Source: Vermamoeba vermiformis (Eukaryota). From it: DNA of 64,000 nt. Positions 50,506 through 62,927 of the stretch are shown here, piece after piece. Where the stretch lies: the NCBI GenBank assembly GCA_045837725.1, contig JBEWZL010000244.1:434001-498000 (forward strand), in the 5' to 3' direction. The notes under the pieces were generated by a model. That model searched no databases and was not told the origin of the DNA. It was given only the letters and a program-made list of their open reading frames with translations. Each line of letters begins with the position of its first letter. The stretch's first letter is position 1. A program made the translations under genes and the position numbers.

Positions 50506-53067
50506 ATGGAAGCTCAAATAGACCCTCAGATTCATGTATTAAATAACTTTCAAATATTTATTCCTCTTTCAGGAGATGCGGATACGTTTGTTTTCACTCA
50601 AACAACATCTCCGAGCTTCGGATTGACTTTAACACGGACCGATACTCGAGAGAGTTATCATTATCAAATCCAAATGTTGCCCTCTAATGATCTTTCTGAT
50701 GAACCGCTTTCAAATGGTCTCTCATGGGCAAAAAGAACGCCATATCAGTTTCAAAAGAAGCAAAACACGTCAATAATTGAAGCACTTGTATGTAGATTGA
50801 AGATTACCACGGGAGTTTTTGATTTTAGAAGAGTAAAACAACGCTCGATCAGATTTGTGGTCCGCTGTTTTGCGAGTGACACCTTGTTGAGCACTGGCGT
50901 CTCGCAGCAATGCAGAATATTTCCTAAAAAGCGACTTGCAGAGGAGGATAATGATGACAACGTGAATGGTAAGTTTGTATTAATTATATTCCGATTATGA
51001 GGAGACAAAAATACAATTTACTCGATTATTATCATAACCAAGTTTATTTGCAATTAATTCAATTGTTAGCCATCGTTCCGATAACTTGGATGCTGGGCTC
51101 ATCTGTTGAATCTACTTCACACTTACAGCAAGCCGAAGCACAATACTATTCATCTCCAGAACAATACCACGATGAAGACAGCGTTATGGCGAATTTTAAT
51201 GAATCCGAGGACAGGCTACAAAGTTACAGCAATGAAGGTGACTCGGAGGATCTTTCACTGGTACCAATATCGTAAGCAAACTCATTTTACACATATAATA
51301 TGATGCATCTAGTATTAACTACCAGTCTAATCGTGATATGCACTAGAGATGTGCCTTACATATTGATGGAGCCCGAACAATCCAGCGAAAAGTACGCTTC
51401 TCGCATTCATAAAATTACCACGGAGTTATAATTAATGTACACTAGCCAATCGGACCACTACATGGTGCTGTACAACGGCAACGCAGAAGTGATTGGCAAC
51501 TTCAGAGCACTCAACTTCTACAAGGCATCAGACATCAACATCAAAGAAGATGTCAGACTGCTGATCGACGACCGTGACCCACGCTCAGTTCTTCTCAAAA
51601 TCGATGGAGTGGAGTACAAGTTCAAACAAGGTGCCACCAACGCACCAATGAACAAGAGATTCGTCGGATACATCGCTCAGCAAATTGAGAGTGTTGTTCC
51701 TGAAGCAGTTCAACTCATCGATGGTACGCACAGTCATACACCTTACATTTGTTTATGTTCTAACATGCTTCTCAGGCATTCTCCATGTGGACTACGAGTC
51801 ATTGATACCATATCTGAGTGAGTCAATCAAACAGAACTTCAGAGACATCAGTGACATGAAAGCGGATGCGAGTCAGATCCACAAAATAGTTGATATGATG
51901 TACGCTGAGTTCATCAAGAAAGACCAAAAGAAGCACGAGAAATCGCCGAAGGCACGAGAGACAGTAACGAGACGCACAAAAATGATGCGATGGATCATTG
52001 GGACATCACTAACGGTCCTCGCATTGATCAGTGTTGCAATTGCTGTCGCCTTCATCGTGCCATTAACACATTCGACGCCAGAGTCAGGGACCAACCATCC
52101 GTCGGCTCCATCCCAAGAACCACTGTCTCCATCAAATCCTGAACAAGCAATCCCAGATCCACCGCCACTCGAGTCGTTAGATCAAGACGTAATATTGGAG
52201 TTGTATAACGCAACTGCTGGCGTGAAATGGCAAGGAAAAGTGTCGCTATCGCAGCCAGTGTGTGAGTGGCTGGGAATTACGTGCGACACAAACTTGCGAG
52301 TGGTCAAGCTCGAACTACTTGACATGAACTTGCAAGGTACATTGCCCGAGTCTATTGGCAAACTCGACCAGCTCCAGTATTTGCGGCTTTCATCGAGCTT
52401 TCTAACTGGAACAATTCCCGCGGCGATTGGAAATCTCTCGAATCTTGAAGCACTTGATCTGGCCTTCAACCAGTTCACTGGCACTGTGCCATTGGAGATA
52501 TTCTCTTTGCCTTCATTGAAGACTTTGACGCTCAACTACGCCTATGGATTGTCTTGGACAATACCACCGCAGATTTCAAACCTCAAATATCTCGAAAGCT
52601 TTTCAGCGCGCGCTTCTGGACTCCATGGAACATTGCCCAACGAAATTTCGCAGTTAAAGAACTTGAAAGTGTTGGGGCTTGGACAAAATCAACTCACAGG
52701 AACTATACCGAATCTGGCCCAAACAAACATCACGCAGCTGAGTCTGCTCAGAAATCAATTCACAGGTCCCGTCCCCAAAGTCAATCCCTTTGATAATGGC
52801 TTGCCGTTGGAAACCAAGTCTGTGGTCTTTGACATTTCAAGTAACTCTTTCACCGGTGAATTTCATTTGCCTTCGCAGTGGCTAGGCTCTCAGGCCGTGG
52901 ATGTGTTTGTCTCCATCGTGAACAACGATTTCACCTCATTGTCTCCCGAGCTACAAGAACGAAATATGACCTCGAATTGGGAGAGCTGTCGCGCCGGAGG
53001 AGTGCCATTTAGATGTCCAATTCCGGACTGGTTCCGCACGAGTTGTAGAGCCAAGTGTGTAAATTGA
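50506..53067 (+). CDS. MYRF-like S74-TM-LRR protein, copy 5 (~759 aa), dispersed
   Basis: Exons 50506-50968, 51070-51271, 51347-51391, 51446-51723, 51776-53067 (2280 nt, in frame). Same intron phases and domain order as copies 1-4. Confidence 0.9.
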
Positions 53068-53108
53068 AGTAAATAGTTAATTGTTTCGAAATATCTTTCT
53101 TGATTGTT

Positions 53109-54900
53109 TTATGTTGTGCGTTGTACAGGTTGACGTTTCCGTTCTTTTACAATTCTGAACAAAACTAAGCCAACGACCACCGCAACTAATCCACCGACAA
53201 TAAACGAATTGAACTCTTCAGTTTTCGAGCCCATCGATAGCCAAGGAATAGTGAATGCAATTTCAGCTAACGGAACAGCGCTCGTTGCTGCCACCCACAT
53301 GAGCGCACTGCTCTTGGTGCGGATCAAGAACGCTTGATTGATACGACCGAGCACTAATATCGCCATAAATACGACGTAGATCCAGCCCACTACCAGATAA
53401 ATAAATATTAGTATCTTTGGTTGCAATGTAAGCTATTGCCATATAAGGCAAGACAGTGGTTGACACGTGTCACGTACCAACATCGCATTGATCTTCAGGC
53501 AGAGTAGGTTCATTTTCAATCAAACATTTGTAGCCGTTAACGATATTAGACCATGTCTCAGAGATAGGAATGCCTAAATAAGGCATTAATATCGCCTGCG
53601 CCATCGAGATTTCGAACAAGATTTTCGTACCTTGAATTGGGACAATTGCAAAGACCAATGGCACTGCGACAATAAATTCAAACACATTGACCCACATCCA
53701 CATGTAGAAGATTCCGAGTTTCTGAAGCATAATTAGCCCTCATATTATTACCATAAAAGGCAAGTCGAGTCTTACGGTGTTTTTGAGCGCGTGTTCCATG
53801 TAAACTATGGCTGAAGACATCGGAATGCTCGACACTATTAACAATAACATGGCCCAAATAGCGTTGTCGGCGAAGTCTGCGTCCCTATTATACAACAATA
53901 AGCATTATAATAATATGAGGTTGCATATTAACACTCACTGAAGTTTGGGCCACAACACGATGAAAATTCCGGTCAAAATAAACGCAGCGCCCAAATAGTG
54001 CCAGAGCTTGTATCTCGTCTTTAAGAAAACAATTGATAGCACTAATGTCACCGGCACTACGAGCTGTTAAATAAAAAAGAATTAGAAAAACTAAAAAATT
54101 TCAGATCCGTTACACGAGCTTCAAGTATAGGATATTGATCTATACATTCGATATTATAGTACTTACTTGTTGTAATAACACGACTACAGGGCCAGGCACT
54201 AAATTTCCTCTGCTGCCACAGTACGCCAAGAAATTACTCAAAATAATCAGACCTCCTAATATCAGCAATCGATACAAAGGAGTTTTTTGCTCTACAATAA
54301 GACAGTATATTAATAAATATCCAAATAAGACTTTTTATCGACTTACTCTTAATTCTAATAGATCTGATTTTATCGCTAATTAAAGTATGAGGTTAGAAAC
54401 GTGTTAAATGGTCTATTTTACACTAAATATGGTCATCATATAACAAATTATGTAGTCTTATAGTTAAATACGTACACAGTATAATCGCCAGTGTCATAAT
54501 ATTCAGCGACATTAATTTGCGCAGTTTTCTTCGTTTTGAGCATGTTATATACATGATTGGCTAGTGTTAATAATCCAAATAATATTGTCGTGCAAATAGG
54601 TTGAGATATTGTTAATACGAATGGGTAATTGTACATCCGCTGCGAAACTTTTTTCTAAAATAAGAATTCAATCAATTATATGCGATAATTAATCGATTAT
54701 ATGAGGGTTATTACCTGTAAGAATAATATACCAGCTTGTAATAATAGAAATGTGATTAAGAATAGATTTGTCCAAGTAAAAATCCTTCGCGCAATCGATC
54801 GACACTTGGATCTGTTGTCAAAATCAAAATCTTCGCTGCGCATTAATAGAGACGCCTCTTCATCTTGTATTGATAAATCTTCTTCACTTCCGCTGCGCAT
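53109..54900 (-). CDS. CRT-like (chloroquine-resistance-transporter-like) DMT-superfamily transporter
   Basis: MYNYPFVLTISQP, GNLVPGPVVVLLQQ, LSIVFLKTRYKLWHYLGAAFILTGI, MWMWVNVFEF, NIVNGYKCL; about 10 hydrophobic helices; acidic/dileucine N-terminal tail. Confidence 0.75.
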
Positions 54901-55351
54901 TTTCTGTGATAATGATTAATAAATTAGTCCACAAATTATATTCAACAAGACAGGTCCTGATTTCGTTATATTTACGCAATAAAATTATCAAAATATTATT
55001 GCGTGGTATTTACAATAATTAATACGTCAATTTGTCGCGTGAAAGTTTTGGACTGATCCGGAAAAAAATCATCGAATAACGAAGAAAGGACTCACCTTCT
55101 AGTTGGTCCTATTATGCCAATATTGTTGTAATGAATTGGTGTATAATTAAATAAATTAATTATCGCTTGTGCTATTCATCGCAGAAAATTACAAAGAATA
55201 ATCACTCCGACAATGTTCTGGCCTGTAAACCTCTAACATCGGTACAAAAAATACATTTATGAATACTAGTACCATATAGGAAGCTAATGACGGCAATTCA
55301 AAGGTAGATTTGTGAATCACATAACGAAATAAATTTAGCTCGACTCTTGTG

Positions 55352-58300
55352 ATGGAGTTGACAAGCGCTTCAGCAAGGCGGAAACACATATCAATGAGCA
55401 AATTAAATAAAGTTGCGACGGTAGAAGAGGCTGTTGCATTAATAGGCGATAATGACTGGATTACAACGACCGGATTTGTTGGGACAGGTAAGCAGTTTTG
55501 ATTGCGGCCTAAAAAATTCAGATCAAAATAAATAAATCAAATAACGATGAGAAATCATTATATAGAAGCAATTGTACTTAATGGCGTGTTTCATTTGATT
55601 ATGTGAATTAAGTGATTGATTTTTTATTTAATGGACAGGCATCCCCGAAGAAATTATCATAGGTGTCAAAGAACGGTTCGAAAAAACAGGTGTTTAATGT
55701 GACTTAATATTTTATACACGTTAGCGCATACTAATTTGATTTTTAAGGACATCCACGAAATCTTTCTCTAGTTTTCGCTGCCGGTCAAGGAGATGGCAAA
55801 GGACGTGGTGTAGATTTATTAAGCGTTCATCCAGGCTTATTACACACTGTTATTGGAGGTAAGATCTTATTATTTCTCTATTTTTAGCGCATTTTGACAA
55901 GTTGCGATCCGAAATTTAAAAATAAACAAATCGAAATAAATCCTCTAATTGCTTGATTAACGAAAGGTCATTATGGCTTGATTCCTGGCATCGGAAAGCT
56001 AGCTTTGGACAATAAAGTCATCGCATACAACTTGCCTCAAGGGTATGTCAATAGTAGTAGTAGAGTAGATCGGATAAAATAATTCAAAAATTCAATTTAA
56101 AGCGAAATCTACGGTCATCATGACTAAATAACATCTATTTATATAACAATATTATCGTGTAAGCGATAATTAGTTGTCTAATTCAATTTCAATTGTACTC
56201 GAAATTTATCCAGCAATTTCCTTATTTAGACGCGTAATTCAACAATTCTTATTAATTAACAATATTATACTAGTATTATAAGTCAAATGTACCGAGCTGT
56301 CGCGAATAAGCAGCCTGGAATTATTTCAAAAATTGGTCTCGGAACTTTTGTTGATCCTCGACTGGAAGGTGGCAAGGTCAGTTCATAGAATTATACGCGA
56401 TCATACTAGCACATTATCAGTGATTTTATAATTTATATTGAATAATTTATGACGACTTAAACAATCTTTATTATTGAAGACGTCTCAAACGAACTTTCTA
56501 GAACAATTATTCCACAAAGAAACAATTTGTGTACCCTTTTTAATTGTTTCTTTTGCAATATTATACACGTTTAAGTACCAAACACAGATACGGATCAAAT
56601 ACTTATGATCATTAATTTCTTCGAAACATCTTGTGACATCAATATCATTCTCTAGGTGAATTGTTTGACGAAGAAAGATATCGTATCAGTGATTCAAATA
56701 GGCAACGAAGAATATTTGCATTATCAACCCTTCAAATTAGACGTGGCTTTTGTACGCGGAACAACTGCGGATCTGGATGGAAATGTGACCATGGAGAAAG
56801 AAGCCTTGACTCTCGATTCATTAGGCAAGTATTAATATAATATACACCCGAGACCTATATTCTAATCTTAAAATACTAGCCATTGCAATGGCCACCAAGA
56901 ACTGCGGAGGTCGTGTCATTGTGCAGGTACGAAAACAAAAACCGACTTAAAATTCTGTTATTTTTAACTTTCACGTTGTCAATAATACATATATACTTAT
57001 AGCAGCGTTAATATACTATACTTACTACGGACTTAGTGCTTTTTTTTTGTTCGTGATCGTCATGATAACCGATGTTTTTTTTCGCTAGGTTGAGCGCTTA
57101 GCAGCGGAAGGCACGCTGAATCCTCATCAAGTCAAGATCCCCGGTGTGTTGGTGGATTACATTGTGGTACGTACTAGTCATTGCCTTATTTGGTAATCAT
57201 AAAACTAATCGTCCAATGTACTAGGTCTCGAGACCTGAAAATCACAGACAAACACTCGCTGAGAATTACAATGCAGGTCAGTTAGGATTTAATCACGTGG
57301 TATCGCCAAATAAGGAAATATACTAACGTAATCTATTCGTAGGGTTCTCTGGCGAAGTTCATGTGCCAACGTCATCCTTTTTAGGCAAAATGCCATTTAG
57401 TGCACGAAAGATTATTTGCAGGTACGATCAATATTGACGTTGTTATTTCCAAATAAGGAAACTAATTGGTTTTAAAGACGTGCCGCGTTAGAATTGAAAC
57501 CGTACGGAATCATCAATCTCGGAATCGGTGTGCCCGAAGGTAATTGTTTCACTGAAACTAGTTCGGTCTATATTTGGTACCAACATTGAGGCCTATATTA
57601 ATATTATTCCTATAATTAGGTGTTGCACTGATCGCAAACGAAGAAAAAATCTTGAAAATGTTGACCATGACAGCGGAACCAGGCATTATCGGAGGTACGT
57701 CCGAAAGTGTTTTTGACCTTACAATGACTAACGCTTGCCAAATTAGGAATTATTTCTGGTGGTCTGAACTTTGGCACGGCAGTTAATCCGCGCAGCATCA
57801 TCGATCAAAACACGCAGTTTGATTTTTACGACGGCGGAGGTCTCGACACGACTTTTTTGGGCATGGCACAGGTCGATCAGCACGGCAATGTTAATGTTTC
57901 CAAATTTGGAAAAAAGCTTGCTGGCTGCGGAGGCTTTATCAACATCAGTCAAAGTAAGTGAAAAAAAACGTTAATCTTTGCAATAAATTTAACACTTGCC
58001 ATGTATAGGCACGAAGCACGTTGTATTTTTGGGCACTTTCACGAATGGCGACACGAAGATCCAACTTCAAAGCGGAAAATTAGTGCTGCACGGTGACGGA
58101 GAAACTCGAAAATTCGTGAATCAAGTGCAACAGATCACGTTCAGCGGAAAAACTGCCGTTAAGAATAAGCAGCACGTGATTTTTATCACTGAACGATGCG
58201 TGTTTAGATTGGTCGAGGACGGTACGCAGTGACTTGCCTAATTTGAAAAGTCTAACAATTGTTTCTTATATCAGGTTTGGAGTTAGTTGAAGTGGCACCG

Positions 58301-58873
58301 GGCATTGACATTGATCGGGATATTTTGCCTAAAATGGAATTTACTCCGATTGTTAAACGAGAATCTGTGCGAGTGATGGATCCGCGAATTTTTGACAACA
58401 AGTTGATGGAGCTGCGTCACAGCATGATTCAACGGTTCTTAGAGCACCGTATTGATTATGACGCTGCTGATAACCTCTTGTTTATCGATCTCAAGGTAAG
58501 TTCAAGTGCAGATCCACAGCAGTTCATGACCGAGTTGACCCAATTCTATTTTTAGGGCATGAAACTGACTACGTTCGAGGACGTCGATAATATCATGCGC
58601 GCTATTGAGGAGCGATGCAAAGAGATCGGCAAACAATGCTTCGCAATCATCAACTACACCACAATGCAAATGGATCGGGACGCGATCAAAGAACTTTTGA
58701 GCGCTGAACTGAAGCTGTCACGTGCTTACTTCTTGAAAGTATCGCGCTTTGCTGTGGGCAATAACCTCCGATTTAACTTGCAAGCAGTATTGCAGAAGTT
58801 GGATCCCAGTGCCGTTGTGTTCAGATCGCTCGAAGAGGCAGTGGAAGCAGTTAATTTCAAAGCCAAGCTGTAA
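55352..58873 (+). CDS. Family I acyl-CoA:acetate CoA-transferase (YdiF/Pct-type fused alpha-beta) with C-terminal extension and PTS1
   Basis: [74 protein letters not shown] (catalytic Glu), [40 protein letters not shown]. Ends AKL-stop. Start is at 55352 or 55394. Confidence 0.9.
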
Positions 58874-59033
58874 TTTTGACCCATTTCTCTTTTATTGTAA
58901 ATTTTGTAAAAGGATAATTTTATCGTACGAGTCAACATAAATTTGCTCGTGTAAGTTATCGGTCACGCGCGGCGCTTCATCACGCCAGGCAGCCGAGGCG
59001 CATGGGAGTGGTCACATGTGGTGCAATCGTTGG

Positions 59034-60158
59034 CTAGTCTTCTAGTCGCACAGCCACAGGTTCAACAATGGTGATGGTGGTCGCGTACTGCGCGTCGAGC
59101 GCGTAATCTCTACTAAGCACAAAGAACGACACGACAGATCCAGCAGCCAATTCAGCGTTGTGTGTTTCTCCAATGACCTGATATTCAACTGTAAGTTTCA
59201 CGGAATAATTGCTGCCGGGCAAGTTGAAGTCGCTGTGAGTAGCACATCTGGTCAAAAAGATAGGAACGGCGTACAACTCGTGAACACCGCATTCAATATG
59301 AGCAGTACAAACAATATCTACAGTTAAGATAATTCATCTGAATAACTAAAGGATAGTTTATTGTTTTGCCTTAGACCAAAAGTGCAGTCCAAATTACAAG
59401 ACGACTTTTGACAGTCACGTTAGAGTAAGTGTTGACCACGACTATCTGCAACAAATTGGCAACAGGAGTGGCGTCGTAAGTATCATAGTACGTCACATTG
59501 ACGTTTGAAATACAATTATTTCCCAGCACATTGTTGCCGGCTACACTCTGCAACGTCAAACAACTCTTTCCGTTTCGAGACTTTTCGTTGACCGATTTGG
59601 CACGCTTTTGCATTATCGTAGATAAGGTGGGTGAATTGTTGCTGTAGACGGGACTGATTGTATACGTTAGAAGCCTTGGCTCAATGACTGCAATAGAAAT
59701 TGAGTAAGACAGGCGAACGAATATTATACTTTATTTCTATAAATAATTAACTACTTACGATTGTCCACATTAATGAAAAATTGCTGCGAACGTTCACCCG
59801 TATCTTGCGACAAGAGAAGTGTTGCGTTTACACTGAAGCCGCAAGCATTGCCAATCCATATACTGTCCGTCATGGTAATAGATGACTTATTGTAATTTGA
59901 GACTGCAAAAGCCACAATGCAGTCAATAGGTTCGCCCAAAAAATCTAAAATTACCGATTATAGAATAAGTATTGCACTATTTGTTCTTTTGGATTTGTGG
60001 TCATTACCCAAGTTAGGATTTTCTTCATAGACGCGATGGAGAATTACGCTGGATAAGATGACTGCAGCGATTGCCAAGAGGGTTGCAGTAGCCGACAAGA
60101 TCTCAAAAATCTTTCGACAATTTCGCTGTTCGTGCAGAAGAGGCTCGTTTTCATTCAT
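59034..60158 (-). CDS. Type II single-pass membrane protein of unknown function
   Basis: MNENEPLL (dileucine-like), TM ILSATATLLAIAAVILSSVIL, then a Cys- and N-glycosylation-site-containing beta-rich region across several exons. Confidence 0.55.
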
Positions 60159-60498
60159 GGTGTGTTGCTTTCTAATATTAGAAATATAATAAACCCTAAA
60201 TTGGTAATCAATTTATTTCTAGTCGTAAGAATAAATTGTGCGGCCTCCGTCGATTTTACCCTTGCCTCTTGTTAACGTAGTATAATTCTGCGTATAAGGG
60301 TTTGATAACATGAAAGAACCATAGAAGATATGAAGTTACTCCCAAAATAGCCCGGATTACGAAAATTCAGATCTCTTACGGGTAATACTTTTTTTATGTT
60401 TTGAAAGAAAAGGTTTCGGTGTAGTACAGGTTTCAATATTCTGTATCTTCAATTCAGTAGAACCGAAGGTCCGTTACCGATGCAAAACTTTGAAAGTT

Positions 60499-61665
60499 TT
60501 AGCTACTTTCTCGTTGAGCTTTAAACGCGCGACAATAGATATCAAGTTCTTGCAACAAGCCAATGCGCTTTGGTTTCCAGCCCAATTCTCTACGTGCTTT
60601 CTCACCGACTACGCGAATCGAAACGTCGGTGAGTTTGAGGCTAGAAGCTATTATTAAAATCGAGGTACGAAATACAGGGAAATTTTTACTCACAAGAACT
60701 GCTCTGGTCGGAGATCGTTGACGTCAACGTACTTAATGCGTCCTTTCCATCCTGCTGCCTTTGCAGCGGCCACTTGGAGTTGTTCATAATCAATGTATTC
60801 CGACGCAACATCATACAACTACAAAAAGTTAGTCCGCGCTTAAATAATATTCGTTAATTTAACGATGGAAATTTCGCTGTATAATATTTGAACTTGCTTT
60901 GCCATAAGCTCCTGTCTCGACCAATAAAACATAAGCATCAGCCAAATCCTTTACGTGCACCACACTGTAGGGCTTATGAGGCTTGCCATAGATCGGGAGA
61001 TCATCGTTTTCACCAACAGAAAAAGCGGCATGCAAAAATCTAGTCTCAGGAATACCTCCGTTGACATTGCCGTCGAGGCCGTACACTCCACCAGGTCTGA
61101 TAATATTGCCTTTGAAGCTCTCGTTGGTGGTAATGACCTCTTCCGCTTGGGCTCGCTCGAGTAATCCGGGGATAGGGAAATTGGCACTAACTACTGGGCG
61201 GGTTCGTTCGACAGCCAATGCTGGTGAATCAGCGTGCAACAAAATACCCGAAGTTCCGATGTATTGGTGTTGGTAGTTGCGATTTTTCTCGGTTTTGTTC
61301 AGCTCGACAAGATACTTGATAATATTTTGATCCATTCCGGAGGTATCTACCACCGAAATCGCTTCGTTGACAGCATTCTTGAACTCTTCGGTAGGTTGGT
61401 TGATATCACTTTACAAAAATGAATTAATTAACTTTTTTAAGTACGCCCAGGAAACGGTGGTATGCTTACAGCAGAATGATTGGCAAAATTTCGTTTTGAA
61501 GCAACATCGGTGCAAAGTCTGACTTTCTGATGACACCGTAGACACGATAGCCCGCTATATTGAGCTTAATATTATTATGATTTGATATATACTACCTTCT
61601 CGAAGTGCAAAAGCCACGTAACGACCAATGTAACCGGATGCTCCGTAGACGACGACAGAGGACAT
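60499..61665 (-). CDS. NAD-dependent epimerase/dehydratase (extended/atypical SDR)
   Basis: MSSVVVYGASGYIG (GxxGxxG), YIGTSG, IIRPGGVYG, VHVKDLADAYVL, EKARRELGWKPK. Confidence 0.85.
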
Positions 61666-62375
61666 TTTGATTGAGTATTAGAAGAGAACTGTTGTTACTA
61701 AACTCGCTGCCGAAACTCTTTAAGAGTACTTCTAAATAAGGAAGAACGGCGAAATAGAACAGTTTCTCCTTTTTTCCGAACCGGTCTCGAGAGGAGGCGA
61801 TTGTGCCATTACCAAAATTGGATTTTGCAGGGAGATTTCCCTACTTTAATAAGATCAATACGGCCGATAACCATGATAAATCACGGAGAAGAGGATAAAC
61901 GACTCGAATACGACAAGTTGGCTGCTGAAATCTGGCTCCCACCATAAGCCTATTTGTCAAATATTCAAACCAACAGATGAAAATTCTAAAAATTAAATTC
62001 TCGTGTCTAAAAATTCGCCAATATCAAACAATTAGCCCAAAATACGGTACTCACGTAACGAAGCTTCAGTATAATTACCAGCCACTAAGTTGTCCGTTTC
62101 AACCCAAATCTGATCCGATTATTGCTTATTGCGCTTCCTTCGTTCTTTAGGTGGATTTGTACTGTAATATATCTTACTAGATTTATAACAGCTCTTGCAG
62201 CATCCTCTTGTGAGTGATTCTATTTGTGGTGTTCGGGAATTCTAATTTTGAAAATTAACAAAATTACGGGTTCAGATCGAATTATGATTTACGCCTTTTA
62301 CTCTAAAAATTCTTTATTTAGGTGGGATTATTATACAGAGGAGGCAATGGTCGGGTGACAGAAGATCTAAGCTGG

Positions 62376-62537
62376 TTAAAACTTTCGCTTGCCCTTGCTC
62401 CTCTTCTTGGGGCCACCCTTTCGATCGCTATCGCTGTCGTACATGCTCTGTTGCATGCGCTTCGTTTGTTTGCGTAAGTCCTTCATGTCCTTCTCGACTT
62501 GTCTCATCATGCGGTCCGCACTTGCTTGAGCGCCCAT
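62376..62537 (-). CDS. 53-aa basic microprotein with N-myristoylation consensus
   Basis: MGAQASADRMMRQVEKDMKDLRKQTKRMQQSMYDSDSDRKGGPKKRSKGKRKF-stop. Coding-like composition and an A-rich context before the ATG. Too short for the ORF track. Confidence 0.5.
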   Translation of the reverse strand: MGAQASADRMMRQVEKDMKDLRKQTKRMQQSMYDSDSDRKGGPKKRSKGKRKF

Positions 62538-62927
62538 TTGCGTTGTTGTTGCTAGTTAGTGTTGTGTGAATGAACAGAAAGTGCTGGCCAGATATTTATA
62601 GTTTTGTGGACTGGACACCGAACGCCTGTCATGTCGCGTGGAATTGCCCAATTTTCGTGTTTCACACCTTGGAATTCCAAAATGCTCGTTGCAAGAGTAC
62701 TATGCCCAATGTAATTTATATACTGTGGTTTGTACCCTATGAATCATGCACCATTAATTCCCAATGGGTTCGCCAGAGCAAAAATAAATTGTATCCTTTC
62801 AGTCGCGCATTTTTCGCAAACATTCAGCGTGGAAACAACGCGCAAGTTGGTCCTTCATCAAGATGCAGCGCTTTTTATATAGAGTGATTGATTTTTGTTA
62901 AAAAGTCTGCTAGTTTTACGAACGAAA

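Noticed and set aside
61873-62360. Possible spliced plus-strand F-box-like remnant (KLAAEIWL)
   Set aside because: Early stop codon, and no coherent frame could be built.
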